Below, piece by piece: positions 10,224 through 21,817 of a DNA stretch of 64,000 bases (position 1 is the first letter of the stretch; every line of letters starts with the position of its first letter). The notes beneath the pieces were generated by a model, which was not told the origin of the DNA, ran no database searches, and saw only the letters and a list, made by a program, of their open reading frames with translations. This DNA is from Oikopleura dioica. Lineage: Eukaryota; Animalia; Chordata. Location of the stretch: NCBI GenBank assembly GCA_907165135.1, contig OU015567.1:930001-994000 (forward strand). The letters are read 5' to 3'. The position numbers and the translations under genes are program-made.

Positions 10224-11291
10224 GGGTACTATCTTCGATTTCCAGAAGAGGTCTTTTCAAAAGATATAAAATAGGTGATGGTCTAAACTTTGAAGTTCTT
10301 ACGTGCGATAAGAACTTTGTGTGGCCTAAACTTTGATTCTTCCCATGTGTGATTCTATGAGAAAGTGGCCTAATCTTTGATTCTTTCCATGTGTGAAAGT
10401 GGTCTAAACTTTGAATTTCTCCTGAGGCGCTCTGACTAGTTCCATGTGTCATCACCTTGAATGAAAACCGTAAACCTAATTGGTCTGCTTAAAGCGTAGT
10501 GGCCTTAGCAGGCAGTGCTCTAGTCACCGATGGCAGAAGCGCCTCCGGGGAAATTCAAAGTTTAGGCCACTTTCTCAAAGAGTCACACATGGGAACGATC
10601 AAAGTTTAGGCCACCCGAAGTTCTTATCGCACATACGAACTTCAAAGTTTAGACCACCACCTATTTTATAAGAATCGGTTATTAGAAATAGTTTCTTCAT
10701 TAGATTTTATGATTATACCTTATTGACAACTATTCGAAATTTCAATATATCTTGAGAAATGGCCCCTAGAAGTTTTTTCGAAAAAAAATTTTGAACTTCG
10801 ATTTCCTCGATCAAGTGCTTGTTCGAAAGCTCAGAGCAAGGGCAGTATGCTGGTAGCTGTATCGATCGCGACATCAAGATATTTTCGATTTTAGAGCCAA
10901 AAATGTGTCGCAAACTTTTAAAAAATGCTAAATTTTCGCAAAATCAGCGAGACACAATTTTCAAAAAATTATTTTTGTTATTTTTAGTTTTTCAATTAAG
11001 AAATCCTTCTGTAATTTTAAAGATTAATGTTCGAATTACAAATAAAAAATAAAATAAGACCAAGTTATCAGACTTGTTTTTGAGTTATTCAACCGTTTAT
11101 ATAGGCCATTTTGGCAAAGATAACCACTTCAAGCCAAAATTTAGCCGCTTTTCGGTTGAGCAATTGATAAACACCTCTGTAATAGTTATGATCTAGGGCA
11201 GATCTATTAAATGAGCCTATATGGACTCATCAATCATTCACAAGCTCCGAGGTATTCAAGGCTCAAGTTGGGGAAATCGAAGATAGTACCC
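10224..11291. mobile_element. TTAA-flanked non-autonomous element, GG termini (Kolobok-like)
   Basis: Perfect 20-bp TIR GGGTACTATCTTCGATTTCC; TTAA at 10220-10223 and 11292-11295. Confidence 0.88.
10265..10670. mobile_element. Nested foldback element with long TIRs built from CTAAACTTTGA subrepeats
   Basis: Arms of over 100 bp beginning TATAAAATAGGTG and ending CACCTATTTTATA. Confidence 0.75.
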
Positions 11292-11900
11292 TTAAGGTGT
11301 TGAATTGAGTGTTGATTTCTGACACGGAAGAACCTGTTTCTTCTATCTGTTTGATATTTTGTCCTGTAAAAAAGTTAAAAAAGATGACTCTCATTTAATA
11401 TAGTTGATTTTAAAGCAAAACTCATAAGAAATGTAATAGAATTGATTAAAGTCGGCTAAGTTGAACTTTCTTCTATCCAAAGCTTTTTATGGCCAGTACA
11501 ATCATTAAAAAGCCGGCTGCTTAATTTTTCGTAATTGACTTCGCCGATCGGGCAGACAAAAGTCGCGGGGACACTGCCTCAAATGCTAACAGGCATAACG
11601 TACAAAAAATAAACTTTTTATCTGTAAGAGATACAAAATTTAAACTTATGTAAAAATGATTTGTGATAATTAATAAATGATAAAATGAGCTTTTACAAAT
11701 TTTTGATGAAAAGTCAAATTTGTGTACGTAACGCCGACAAATGCTCGTTATACCGCCTCATTTTTCCAGATGTCAATATGTCTAATATTAAGATAAGCTA
11801 CACATCGGGAAATATTAGTTTGACACATTTTCATAATGAGAATAAACGAAAATGAGAAGAATAGGATCTCTGTTATTTTCGTCGATAGAAGCAAAGCGAA

Positions 11901-13879
11901 ATGAACACTACGGTATACTCTGATTTTTTGTCGCTTGGAAAGAACATCGAAGAGTTTGACCTGCGACACAATTTCGGCAATGTTGATAAATTTAGACCGC
12001 CATATAAGGTAACAGAAAAGATACTCACAAATCAGAAAAAAAAAATTAACTCTTCCTAGTGAAAATCGTAGGCCAGACTTTGTCTAATAATGAATTCAGC
12101 TTTCTGTCGGAATTGTTGTTTTTGGAGTTATTTCAAATCTCAGGAACTGGTCCGATTTTAAGACAGAAATTTTTAATGATGGATTTTCGAGTTCGCCCAA
12201 AAGTATTTTATACTTCATCTTCAAGGACAGTGGAGTCGTCAAAACAGCCCTTGCTCCGTATTATCTCAACAAGAGCAATCGCTCTCGAATGATCGATTTC
12301 AACTTCTTCTGGCTTTGCTCCTTCAGCCTTTTGGATTTGCTAGCGCAATCGCTGCTTCTTGGCCAGACTTTCCGCGGCGATTCGTTTTCCGGGCGACTTG
12401 AAACTTGCCAGATTGCTTTGAGCCTCACTCATTTTTCAAGAATAATGATCTCGATTCAAATATTTTTGATTGCTTGCTACAGACTCAATATTATGACGCA
12501 AGGACTGACGACGCGTAAACGAATGACGAAAAAGCTTATTGATCAAATTTTCTGCTTTCAGATCTTGGGTGGGTAAGTTTAACCCCTCCCGACTCGATTC
12601 TAGCCCCCCTTGCCTATCAACTTCGAAGATTTTTGTCCACTCTAGGCTTGGACAACCCTAGCCCTAAATTGATTTTAGTCTGCCCTAGAATAGGGTTATT
12701 CTAGCCCTAAAGTGATATTCGCCCACCCTAAGCTTTGGTTGTCCTAGCCCTAGAGTGACTTTTGCCCACCTAGGCGAGGGTGACCTTAGCCCTAAAGTGA
12801 CTCTCACGCACCGTAGGCTGGAGTGACCCTAGCCCTAAAGTGACTCTAGCCCACCCTAAGCTAGGACAACCCTAGCCCTCAAGACTTAAGGCTAAAGTTA
12901 ATTTTGCCCACCCTTGTTTAAGACTTATGTCGCCATGATCATAGCCGGATACGAAGCCTATGAAGCTGGCAAATTTGGATCAAGAGGCTTTTTCGACGAA
13001 ATCGGTACCTTCAGGGCCAAGTCAAAAGCTCTCCTCGAAATCTTCCTCCGTTATTCGGAATATTATTCCGACACTCCTCGAAACCTCTCCAATGATGCGC
13101 TCTTTGACTCCTACTGCTGGCCAAATTCGAAGAAAAATCCTTTGGTTTTCCGAGACTCTGAATATCGCTTCGCTTTCTATACGATTATTCTTCCAATAAG
13201 CGGACTGATGCTTTGCTACTCGAAAATTGTTTTCATGGTCCGAAAGAGCTACAAACTTATCGGTAACTTTTCGTCCTTTCATTTTGCCTAAAAAGTTTTA
13301 AGATAATGCAACTCGATTGACGAGGCAGAACAAACAACGACTCGACGTTGTGCTTACAAAAAAGCTGGTGCTCGTTTTTCTGACTTATGTTCTTACCATC
13401 GGTGCTTTTCGACTGCTGCGAGTGGTTATCGAGTACGAGCTTCCGATCGATTCCAGCACTCGAAATTTTATTATTGAATGGAGCAAGCTTCTTATTCTGA
13501 TCTGGGCTCGGCAACCTGTGTGGAAAACCTGAGTCAGGCTCCAGAGTAACCAAGAAGAAAGCTTCGAATCCTGACTCAGGTTTTAACACAGGTTTTCGAG
13601 CCTTAATCCAGATCGAACCGGCTGTGAATCCGTTTTTGTATCCAATGCTTCCGGGAAGCGACATTCGATACGCCTCAGATTTCTTTGGAATTGTCGGGTA
13701 AACAAGATGAATTCAAATTCTTCCAAAGAATAAATTAAGGAAACCGTTCAGATGGGGGAGTGATAAGATGCTCAAATTTACGAGAATGGTTTCGACGGTC
13801 CGCCGAACTGGATCAGCTCGATCTCATCAGACGTCGATTCAACAAGTCGAGCAACAAATTACTACATAAAATTCATTAA
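11901..13879 (+). CDS. Orphan rhodopsin-class 7TM receptor
   Basis: MNTT N-terminus; TM1 VFGVISNL; TM2 SLLDLL; ETCQ; TM3 IACYRL; TM5 FYTIILPISGLMLCYSKI; TM6 KKLVLVFLTYVL; TM7 EPAVNPFLY. Two introns coincide with TIR elements. Exon joins are inferred. Confidence 0.75.
12567..12913. mobile_element. TIR element with internal ~43-bp tandem repeats forming the TM4 intron of the GPCR
   Basis: TIRs GGGTGGGTAAGTTTAAC / GGGTGGGCAAAATTAAC (14/17); 5-6 copies of an AGCCCTAAAGTGAC... unit at 12642-12913. Confidence 0.65.
13504..13603. mobile_element. GGGCTC-family MITE (short copy) inside the TM7 coding region of the GPCR
   Basis: TIR GGCTCG(GC/AA)AACCTGTGT..AAAACCTGAGTCAGG. Flanks TTATTCTGATCT / TAATCCAGATCG (8/12). 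Confidence 0.82.
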
Positions 13880-14083
13880 ATATTGATTGTTACTGTAAAA
13901 TCGAATTTTTGTGAATAAAAATTTTTTCAAAATTTTTCATTTATTGCATTTTTAATCGACTCATGCGGCGCTTTAAAAAGTCCTCTTCTTTTTATCACCG
14001 AATTCCAGTCGATTTTGTGGTAGTTTGAGTGCTTCACATTCAGTGGATCCGATTGAAAATCGTAGTTGTAGATTTGATCTTAA

Positions 14084-14756
14084 GGGGGAGGTCGACGAGA
14101 ATCGGGATTTTTGTAACCAAAAATGCGGAAAAACCTGCTTAGATAGGCAAATTCTGACTTTTCACGTAGAAAGAAAAGGGTTTCAAAAATACAGCGGCGA
14201 AAACTAGAAAAAAAATTTTCTCGAAAAAATTTTGAAAAAATTAGGTCAAAGTGGGGGTGTCTCGTAACAAAAAAATGTCGAAAACGGGATAATTTTTTCC
14301 CCATCAAATACTGTTGATAGTAAGTTCAAACCCTTAAAAATACAGCGGCGACAATGAAAAAAGGGATGCTCCTCCTGAAAATTTTTTTACTGTTGATCAA
14401 AAATATCCGATTTTCCTAAAATTCATCATTTTTGCTCATTTTTCACTGCGAATTTTACAAAACTCGCAGAGACCCGTAATTTTTTTTTGTGCGTTATGCC
14501 TAATTATGACTAATAAACCATTAAAAATAAATATCTATCAAATAAAAATCGAATAAAGATTGTTTTTGGGTGAGATAGCCAACTTAACAATTTCTTAAAA
14601 TCTCGAATTCCAGACACAAAATCGAAAATTTTGTTAAAAAAAGTTGATCAATGCGCAAAAAGCTGGAGACCAAAAATGCTCCTTGTTTATTGAGGAATCC
14701 AAAAATATTACCAAAATTTTGAAAAAGCGAAAAAAAATTTCTCGTCGACCCCCTCC
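14084..14756. mobile_element. TTAA-flanked MITE, GG termini (Kolobok-like)
   Basis: TTAA 14080-14083 and 14757-14760; TIRs GGGGGAGGTCGACGAGAA / GGAGGGGGTCGACGAGAA. Confidence 0.85.
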
Positions 14757-14991
14757 TTAATCTACATGCATTTTTATATTAAAATGAGCATACCAATATA
14801 TTCATTTATATGCCGAACAACAGCTGGCGTCATCGAGTTCACAAGCGACCCAGGAGGATGAAGGAATCCATAGTGACATTCGCTGACGGTAAATATTTGA
14901 CACTGAGAGCTTTTAAATGCGTTTGTTGGTGAAATATGAATCATCGGTCATATTATATGACTCATATGGGAGAAAACAACAAGATATTTTT

Positions 14992-15282
14992 GGGTTGCGT
15001 CAGGAACCGGCAAAAATTTCGACAAATTTTGCGTAGGCAGCAGATCGGTTCTTGATCGACCGGTTTGCCGAATTCTGGTATCTGATTGGTTGAAAATTTC
15101 GACGCGAGATTTGTCGAAATTTTTCGGGGAGGTGTCTGGAACCGACAAAAAATTTCGACAAATTTTGTGTGGAAATTTTCAACCAATCATAAGCCCGGAG
15201 TCGGCTCACCGGTCAATCAACGGCCAAGTAGCCGCCAACGCAAAATTTGTCGAAATTTTTTGTCGGTCCCAGACGGCACCCC
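14992..15282. mobile_element. Two copies of a ~160-bp MITE family; the second (15126-15282) is inserted into the first in opposite orientation
   Basis: ~45-bp TIRs GGGGAGGTGTCTGGAACCGACAAAAAATTTCGACAAATTTTG. 8-bp flanks AATTTTTC / ATTTTTTC. Same family at 48383-48540 and 63836-63993. Confidence 0.85.
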
Positions 15283-15816
15283 ATTTTTTCTTGGGACCCA
15301 TTTTGTCCGGACCGATAATAATGAAATAATTATTCATCATTTTAATAATTGAAATGATATAGTAAAGGATCCTTTTTATTCTTTTTAAAAAGCCCTTCCA
15401 AAACAAAAAAGAAAGTTTTCATTCGACAAATGTTGTCTCGTTTCTCTTTTCTACTAAATCAGTTTGTCTCTCTATCTGCCTCAAAAAGACAATCCAGCCA
15501 AAGCGATCAAAGACATCGTGGAGCTAAGCGCTTCTCAGTCCACTCCCCGTCAATTCATTCATGCTTATGATCTACTGATTACATTCGAGCACAACAAGCA
15601 TATCAACTCATGCTTTTAAGCTTTTGCTAAAAACAGTTTTATTTTATCAACTTGATGAACCGACGAATTCTTTAAAATAATAATATTATTATATTAAAAA
15701 TATAACAGACGGGTCTTGGTTCTTGAAATCAAGCTGATAAACCCGCCCAATGATAAAATTTTTATGATTTGATTATTTTTTGATTGCTTCGGCAAGAGTT
15801 CTCAAAATTGTCAAAA

Positions 15817-16176
15817 ATGATCTACGAAGTGACTGTCAAAATAAACAGTGAAATACAGAAGGAATATGAAGAGTACATGAAGAAGCATATCCAAGGTAAT
15901 CAAGCATGAATTTACCCTTGAAAGTTTTAAGATGTGGTGAATACAAAATGCTTCACGACCGCCAACTGGTTCACTTTTTCTGAGGACAACAACGACAAGA
16001 GCATCACCTCTTACGTCATCACTTACAAAGCGAAGTCCGAAGATTCCTTCAACGAGTACCAAAAAACCTACGCCAAAGCCCTCCAAAAGGAGCACACCGA
16101 GCTCTGGGCGGAAAAATTTTCCGCCTCTCGAAGATTGCTTTTTGAAAAAATGACCTTTGTCGACTTGGATCTTTAA
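15817..16176 (+). CDS. DUF4286-like small protein (~108 aa)
   Basis: MIYEVTVKINSEIQKEYEEYMKKHIQ|DVVNTKCFTTANW...SYVITYKAKSEDSFNEYQKTYAKALQKEH...KFSASRRLL; one 36-bp GT-AG intron (15896-15931). Family assigned from remembered motif pattern, not a search. Confidence 0.7.
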
Positions 16177-16288
16177 ATTTTGAAATCAACGAAGAGAATA
16201 AATCTTAAAATCAAGGAGCATAGAATTTTTATTGAACAATTATTTACATATACATAAAAGGATCATAAACTGAATGAAATTTGTGGAG

Positions 16289-18570
16289 TTATTTTCCTCG
16301 AAGCGAGAGATATTCTTGATCTCGGCGGTGCTGGTCGGAGATTTCAGCTGCGATCTTTTCTTTTTGGGTCATTTTTGTCGTCCAGAATTTCACTGAAATT
16401 TATGTTATTTTTTCTAGGAAAAGAGATTCACCAGATAGCAAGTGAGTTTTATAATTTTTCTATTATTTCAACAAAAAGATGTTAAAAATATGGGACTTTT
16501 GAAGATTGAAATTTCATTTATGGTCCTTAAAAAATTACAAATGAGCTCACCTTTTCCCGAAAACCCAGTCTTCTTCTTTGGCATTTGCTCCTGCACCCTC
16601 GGAGTCGGATTGAGCGACATCTTCACCGTGTTGATATGGCTGATAGCGTCAGTGCTGATAACCGTTGGTCCAGAAATATCCGCCGCGGTGAGTCGTTTCT
16701 TTTGCGGCTCCGTTTTTATCGCTTTGGCGACTCGTTCCGTTTTCTTCGCTTTCGGAGTTTTGACGCTGATTTTCGAGCTCTGGTTCTTTTTCGCTGGGTT
16801 GAAGAAGCCAAAGTCAGCGTCGGGACGAGAGGCGTCGGAAATCTCCTCGTGGAGGGTCTGGAGAGGAAGAGAAAAGGCAGCGGAGAGGAGACGCTTCTTT
16901 GACTTTCTTTTGATGCTTCCTCCTTTTTTCAAGTCCGTGGATGAAGCGGAAGACCCGGTGTTTTTGGCCGGAAGGGGTTGAGGATCTCCGATCTTGTTCA
17001 AGCCACGGTCCAAGCTGAAGGAAAAGGATGAATAAAGGAGATTTGAAAGAAGGAAAAAAAATGTTTTTTTAGAAATTTTTTTTCGGAAAATTGAAAAATA
17101 GACGAAAATTTGAACCCTTCTGTTCGCTGACCCGTGCAACCGAAAAACCTCGGTTATTTGTACTTAAAATCTTCGAGTGCGAAAAATTCAATCGCGGGTA
17201 TAATCCTCCTCCACGCTTGGCCAATTTTCCAGTGCCCCTTATTTTCTATTTTTTCGTTAATCACATAATCGCCAATTTACGCGAAACAAATGACAAATTT
17301 TCAATTTTCCACGGGGCTAGCGATTTTGGCAATTATGGAGATTTCCGGAGTGGTAAAAAAATGGGCGATAAAAATTCGGGTCGATAAAAAAGTGGATAAA
17401 AAGATGGATCCGATGAATCTACGAAATTACCTGAGTGTGCGAGGCGTGGCTCCAGATAGATCGATGCAAACCAGATCATCGTCTTGGCCAATCTGGAAGT
17501 AATCTGAAAATCTGGGTTAAGAAATTAGTTTAAATTTTAATTTTCGAGAAAACATTTTACTCAAATTTGATTTTAATTTTACCTGGTTTTCGTTGGAAAT
17601 TCTTGACCGAGCTGGTCCTCACTGGCCCAGATCGTCTGATAGACAGACTAGTAGACGGATCGGAGTATGCCTTGAAAATGTCGCTTGAACTAGCCCACTT
17701 CTTGTTCAGCGTCGTTTCGTCGCTCAAAGTCGTCCCACAAGTTCGGCAAGAAGCGTTCAGTCGCGACATTGTCGATCCGATCGAATGCCTTGGCCGGTTG
17801 ATGGTCCGGGAGTTGGATCGCAAGACGGTTCGAAATTCAGAACGAGTTGGATTCTCCGGCGCCTTGACCTCCGTTCGCCGCGCCACGTGACCCGCCGAGA
17901 CATCAGCAGTTCGATGCGGGATGTTCGGCTGGGGATACTCCATCGCTAAAAATACTGTTTTAAAAAGGTCATCGCACAGCTGGAATTCCCAAAAAGCAAA
18001 TGCCTAACTACAGTAATTGCTTTATGTTGAAGATCAATTTGGAGCTTTCTTTATCTTCCTCTTGGATCGCGAAAAAGCTGAACAAAGTCGAACAAAGAGG
18101 GGTTGTGTGATTTTTATAAACGCTTATTATTATCCTCTCATGTGAGGAAGAATAATACTGAAAGGCAGGTTTCACGATTGAGCACTCTTCTGAGCTACTG
18201 TAGTTCAGCAAAAAAGGACGACAAAATCAAAAACCAGGAGAAAAGCCGCTTGCGGCTTTGAATGATTTTTTTCCTGGTTAAAATTATGCTTAAAATAAGC
18301 TCTGTTTTGAAATAGCCGCGCGCGGCTTTTTTGAAAATCGTAAAAAAAATTATCATATCAAATATAAAAGTCGTAAATAGCCGAAAATTAAGGTCGAAAA
18401 GCCGAAAGCGGCTTTTTTTTTCGAGAAAAATTCGAAGTATTCTACCCTTATTTTTTGAACTTACATAAAATTCGCTGAATCTTCTTTCCATAAAACTTGT
18501 TCATCGAGTTCTGCTCCTCCATTGAATCTCGGTTTCTCTCCACTGTTGGAAATTTCCCGTTTCTGCTCTT
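16289..18570 (-). CDS. Uncharacterised Lys/Ser-rich multi-exon protein with a degenerate CRIB-like segment
   Basis: Exon-like ORF blocks at ~16550-17000, 17450-17500, 17580-17940 and 18010-18200 bounded by GT/AG. The 5' end is uncertain. Confidence 0.45.
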
Positions 18571-20031
18571 TTCGTTATTCTCAGTTTTTGAAAAAAAAAA
18601 TCAATTTTGTCCTTGGTCGAAGTTAATTATCTAATATTTCTCCGCTCTTTTTTGAATGAGTGGTGTTGATTGATTTCAAATAATATGGCTCCGGGTTCGC
18701 GTGGAGCCAATTTGCCGCGACGATTTTTTTTTGGCGCTAGATGGTGCGAGAGGGGGCGCCTTGTGGGTGGACAGGGTGGTGGAAATCTCGGAACAGCTGG
18801 GCGCCCCGCTAAGAAGCCGGTTTGATGTCCGGCTGGGGCTGAGAAGGCCTAAGCAGGAAATGGTGATAAGGGCCTTTTCCGGTGAGAATTTACATTGTAT
18901 GGATCCGGAAAGATGTCAGTTGGTCAATGATACTAATTTTAGTATTAATTTATCATGATGCTTACAATTTAATCGGCCTGCAGAGATTCAATATCTTCCG
19001 AAGCGTGTATCAGATAAAGCTTATTCTTAAAATTTTAATAATATAATGAAGAATATAACAATATGATTTTTGAGTAAGAATTCTAGTAAAAAGTCTAAAA
19101 AGCTCAGAGCCTCGTACTAGATGAAGAATCACAATTAATTGATAACTTCTAGAACGGAAAGTCAGATTTCTAGCTGTAAAAACTTCAAATTCACGAATGT
19201 TATTCTTGAATCTAGCCATCCGGAGAAGCAAGAATCAGAAAATAATATTTAGAAGGAATTACAACCTGTATCGTTTTGCGCGACTGAATTTATTGGGGCT
19301 GTTTCCGGTCCGTAATCAACAAAATTTTGAAGATTCAGACGATACGTCAAAGACTAAAGGCGGCATGAACTAGAACTTTCGTTCGGAAGTTGAAAACATA
19401 ATGAAAGTCGTAAATCTCGAAATGTCTTTCTCCAGATAAACCCATTTTTATGCCAAAATTATTGCGATTTCGTCAATTTTAATCAAAATAAGCTACTCTT
19501 GAATCTGAATTAAGCTTGTGAATTTAAGGGTATCAACTTCGAAGACGCAGAAACTCACGGTTAAAAGCGTTTTCTACCTTCATTTTTTCTATGTTTACCA
19601 AACTTTGTCCCCCTTACAAAGGGCCCTTTCAAATCCAAAAACTCCGACATCAATGATCCCTTAGCAAATACTTTTGGGATTTTTCATGTTCCAAATTTTA
19701 AATGTTTCAAAAACACTGTTTGCTTCCCACGGAAAGAATCACCGTTTTCCGTCGCATTTTTGAGCAATCATTTCGTCTGGCCATCGGTCGATAATTCGTG
19801 GTGATTGCGTTTTCCGTTTTTACGAAGAGTGAATTATGAGCGCATAAAAAAGAGGAGCAATTTTCGAGCCAAAAATTGAACCTCTTGACTCAATAAGTGA
19901 TCCGTCAGTCTCATAAACCCGGGGGAAGACAGATTGATAGTTTGAGAAATGAGGCTCTCAGAACTATTTTTGGGACGTAATTACCGTTGATTCAAGGGGG
20001 TTAGAACAAGATGAATAATCACTCTTGATCT

Positions 20032-20216
20032 GTGGTCGGCGACCTGTGTAGAAAATCTAAGTCAGGGTCTCAAAGAGCTGAAAGTGAAAAGCTGCTCAGC
20101 GCTTTTTTTTAACGAAGCAGCTTTGCGGCTTTTTATATAAAAAAAACAGCTGCGCGGCTTTCGATTTCAGCTCTTTGTGACCCTGACTCAGGTTTTTTAC
20201 ACAGGGTGCCGAGCCA
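20032..20216. mobile_element. GGGCTC-family MITE
   Basis: TIRs match the family; internal AAGC(C/T)GC..GCGGCTT hairpins; flanks CACTCTTGATCT / AGTTCTTGAGGT (7/12). Confidence 0.8.
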
Positions 20217-21401
20217 AGTTCTTGAGGTACCGTCAATTCTAAGATTTGGGACATATCGCTTTTTGAGGGGTAAATTAGCATCAAAATATTATTCTTGCAT
20301 TAGGGACACTCATCCCTTCGCGAGAGCGATTAGCAGGGCCGCGTTTGAACATCAAAAGCCCGTGTCAATTGTTCCTCTCATGTGGATTTCGTGGATTTGT
20401 CAAAAAAAAAGGACAGTCGGGGTTCTCTTTTCGATTCATAAATAGAAGAATAAAAGGGCGGGTACTTTGTTGCATGAATTTTTGAATAAACGATTCATCC
20501 TCTTCTTTCGATTTTCGAGAAAAAATGATCGGGCAAATGCTAGATTAATAAATTGTTTATTGATTGTCTATCGTCATCCTGTCTGAAACACTAGAAAACT
20601 AATCCTCTTTTCTCGCATAAACATCACCCCGTGCCCCTTCAGTTGCAACCATTTACAGCTGGCGGATGTTTTTCCTCGAAAAAGTCGATCGAGCGAGGCC
20701 ACAATCCCTATCTGCTTGTTCCCAAAATTCAGTTTTGAAAATGTCGCGGATCAGGATCATCGCGCAGGAATCTGTCAATCCACTTTTTCGGCAAGTGGCT
20801 GAATTTGATTCTGTGGATGATTTTATTTTTGAGAATTGATTTTAAAAATCAGGATCCTGAAAGATTTTAAAATAAAAGCCGCGCAGCGGCTTCTTGAAAT
20901 CGTCATTTCAATCTTTACAAAAATTCCAGCGAAGCCGCTTGTTGAGGATTTTAACATAGCTTGCCGAGCCCTTACTGTAAAAAAAACCCTGTCAAAAAAG
21001 GAGTTACTGAACAAACGACGCAATTATTTCACTCATTGAGCTGTCAAAATCTAACCCCTCCTGATCCGCGAATCTCATCCCTTCAATTATCGCCTTAGCT
21101 GTCAAAGAGTCTGTCCTCGTTTTTAAATTTTCCTTTTTTCCACCTTCCTTGCGTCGAAATCGAAGGCGGGAAATTTCATTACAGCAGAAGCTCGCTAATT
21201 TTGGACATATTGCGAGAGTTGCTCGATGATTTCTATCACTGCGCCACTTCAAACGCGGCGCGTGGAGGGCGTCTTCATCTGGTGCGCTAAATAAATCATG
21301 CCGGGCGTTTTATCTTTGCGCATTTGTTGCCGATTAGGGAAGGCAGGTCAGCCATCGTCAAAGTCAAGATCAAAAAAATAGAAGTGATGAGGGTGATTAA
21401 T

Positions 21402-21817
21402 GGTCGCCACTGAAAATGTAACGAATGTAACGGATGTAACGAATGTAACGAATTTACTGAAAATGTAACGAAGACAGAGACATGTTGTTGTTAATCAGCT
21501 GATTCTAGAAACTTTTTCCAAAAAGCGATATTCTGGAGCATCATTTCAAATGAGATTAGAACACCCCTAAAATAGCATATAAATAAAAAAAAAGTGCACA
21601 GTAGTATTTAAAAAGGTTTATTATCTGATTTAGTTTGTCTCTTAGAGATAAATCCAGTGAAAACGCCCGCTCCGCGGCTGAAATGGTAGGAAACTCAAGG
21701 GGGTGAAATAAGAAAAACAAAAAATCTCTAGAATTTTACTGAAAATGTAACGAGAAAAAGACATGTTTTTGTTGTTTGCGTTACATTTGTTACATTCGTT
21801 ACATTTTCAGTGCCGTC
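21402..21817. mobile_element. MULE-like MITE with perfect 9-bp TSD
   Basis: GTGATTAAT at 21393-21401 and 21818-21826; TIR core CACTGAAAATGTAACGAATGTAAC with ATGTAACGA subrepeats. Confidence 0.85.

Noticed and set aside
10170-11363. TTAA element as a seventh transposon-derived intron in a minus-strand gene
   Set aside because: An exon-like block abuts the element, but direct rejoining hits TGA and the host protein is unrecognisable, so there are too many free choices.
12200-12420. Minus-strand ORF with an internal TAG that looked like a pseudogene
   Set aside because: It is the antisense shadow of the GPCR TM2-TM3 exon.
12642-12913. CRISPR-like array of ~43-bp units
   Set aside because: Head-to-tail degenerate tandem repeats without unique spacers, in eukaryotic DNA with no cas genes, and enclosed by TIRs.
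16442-16981. 179-aa plus-strand hydrophobic ORF
   Set aside because: It is antisense to the Lys/Ser-rich minus-strand exon.
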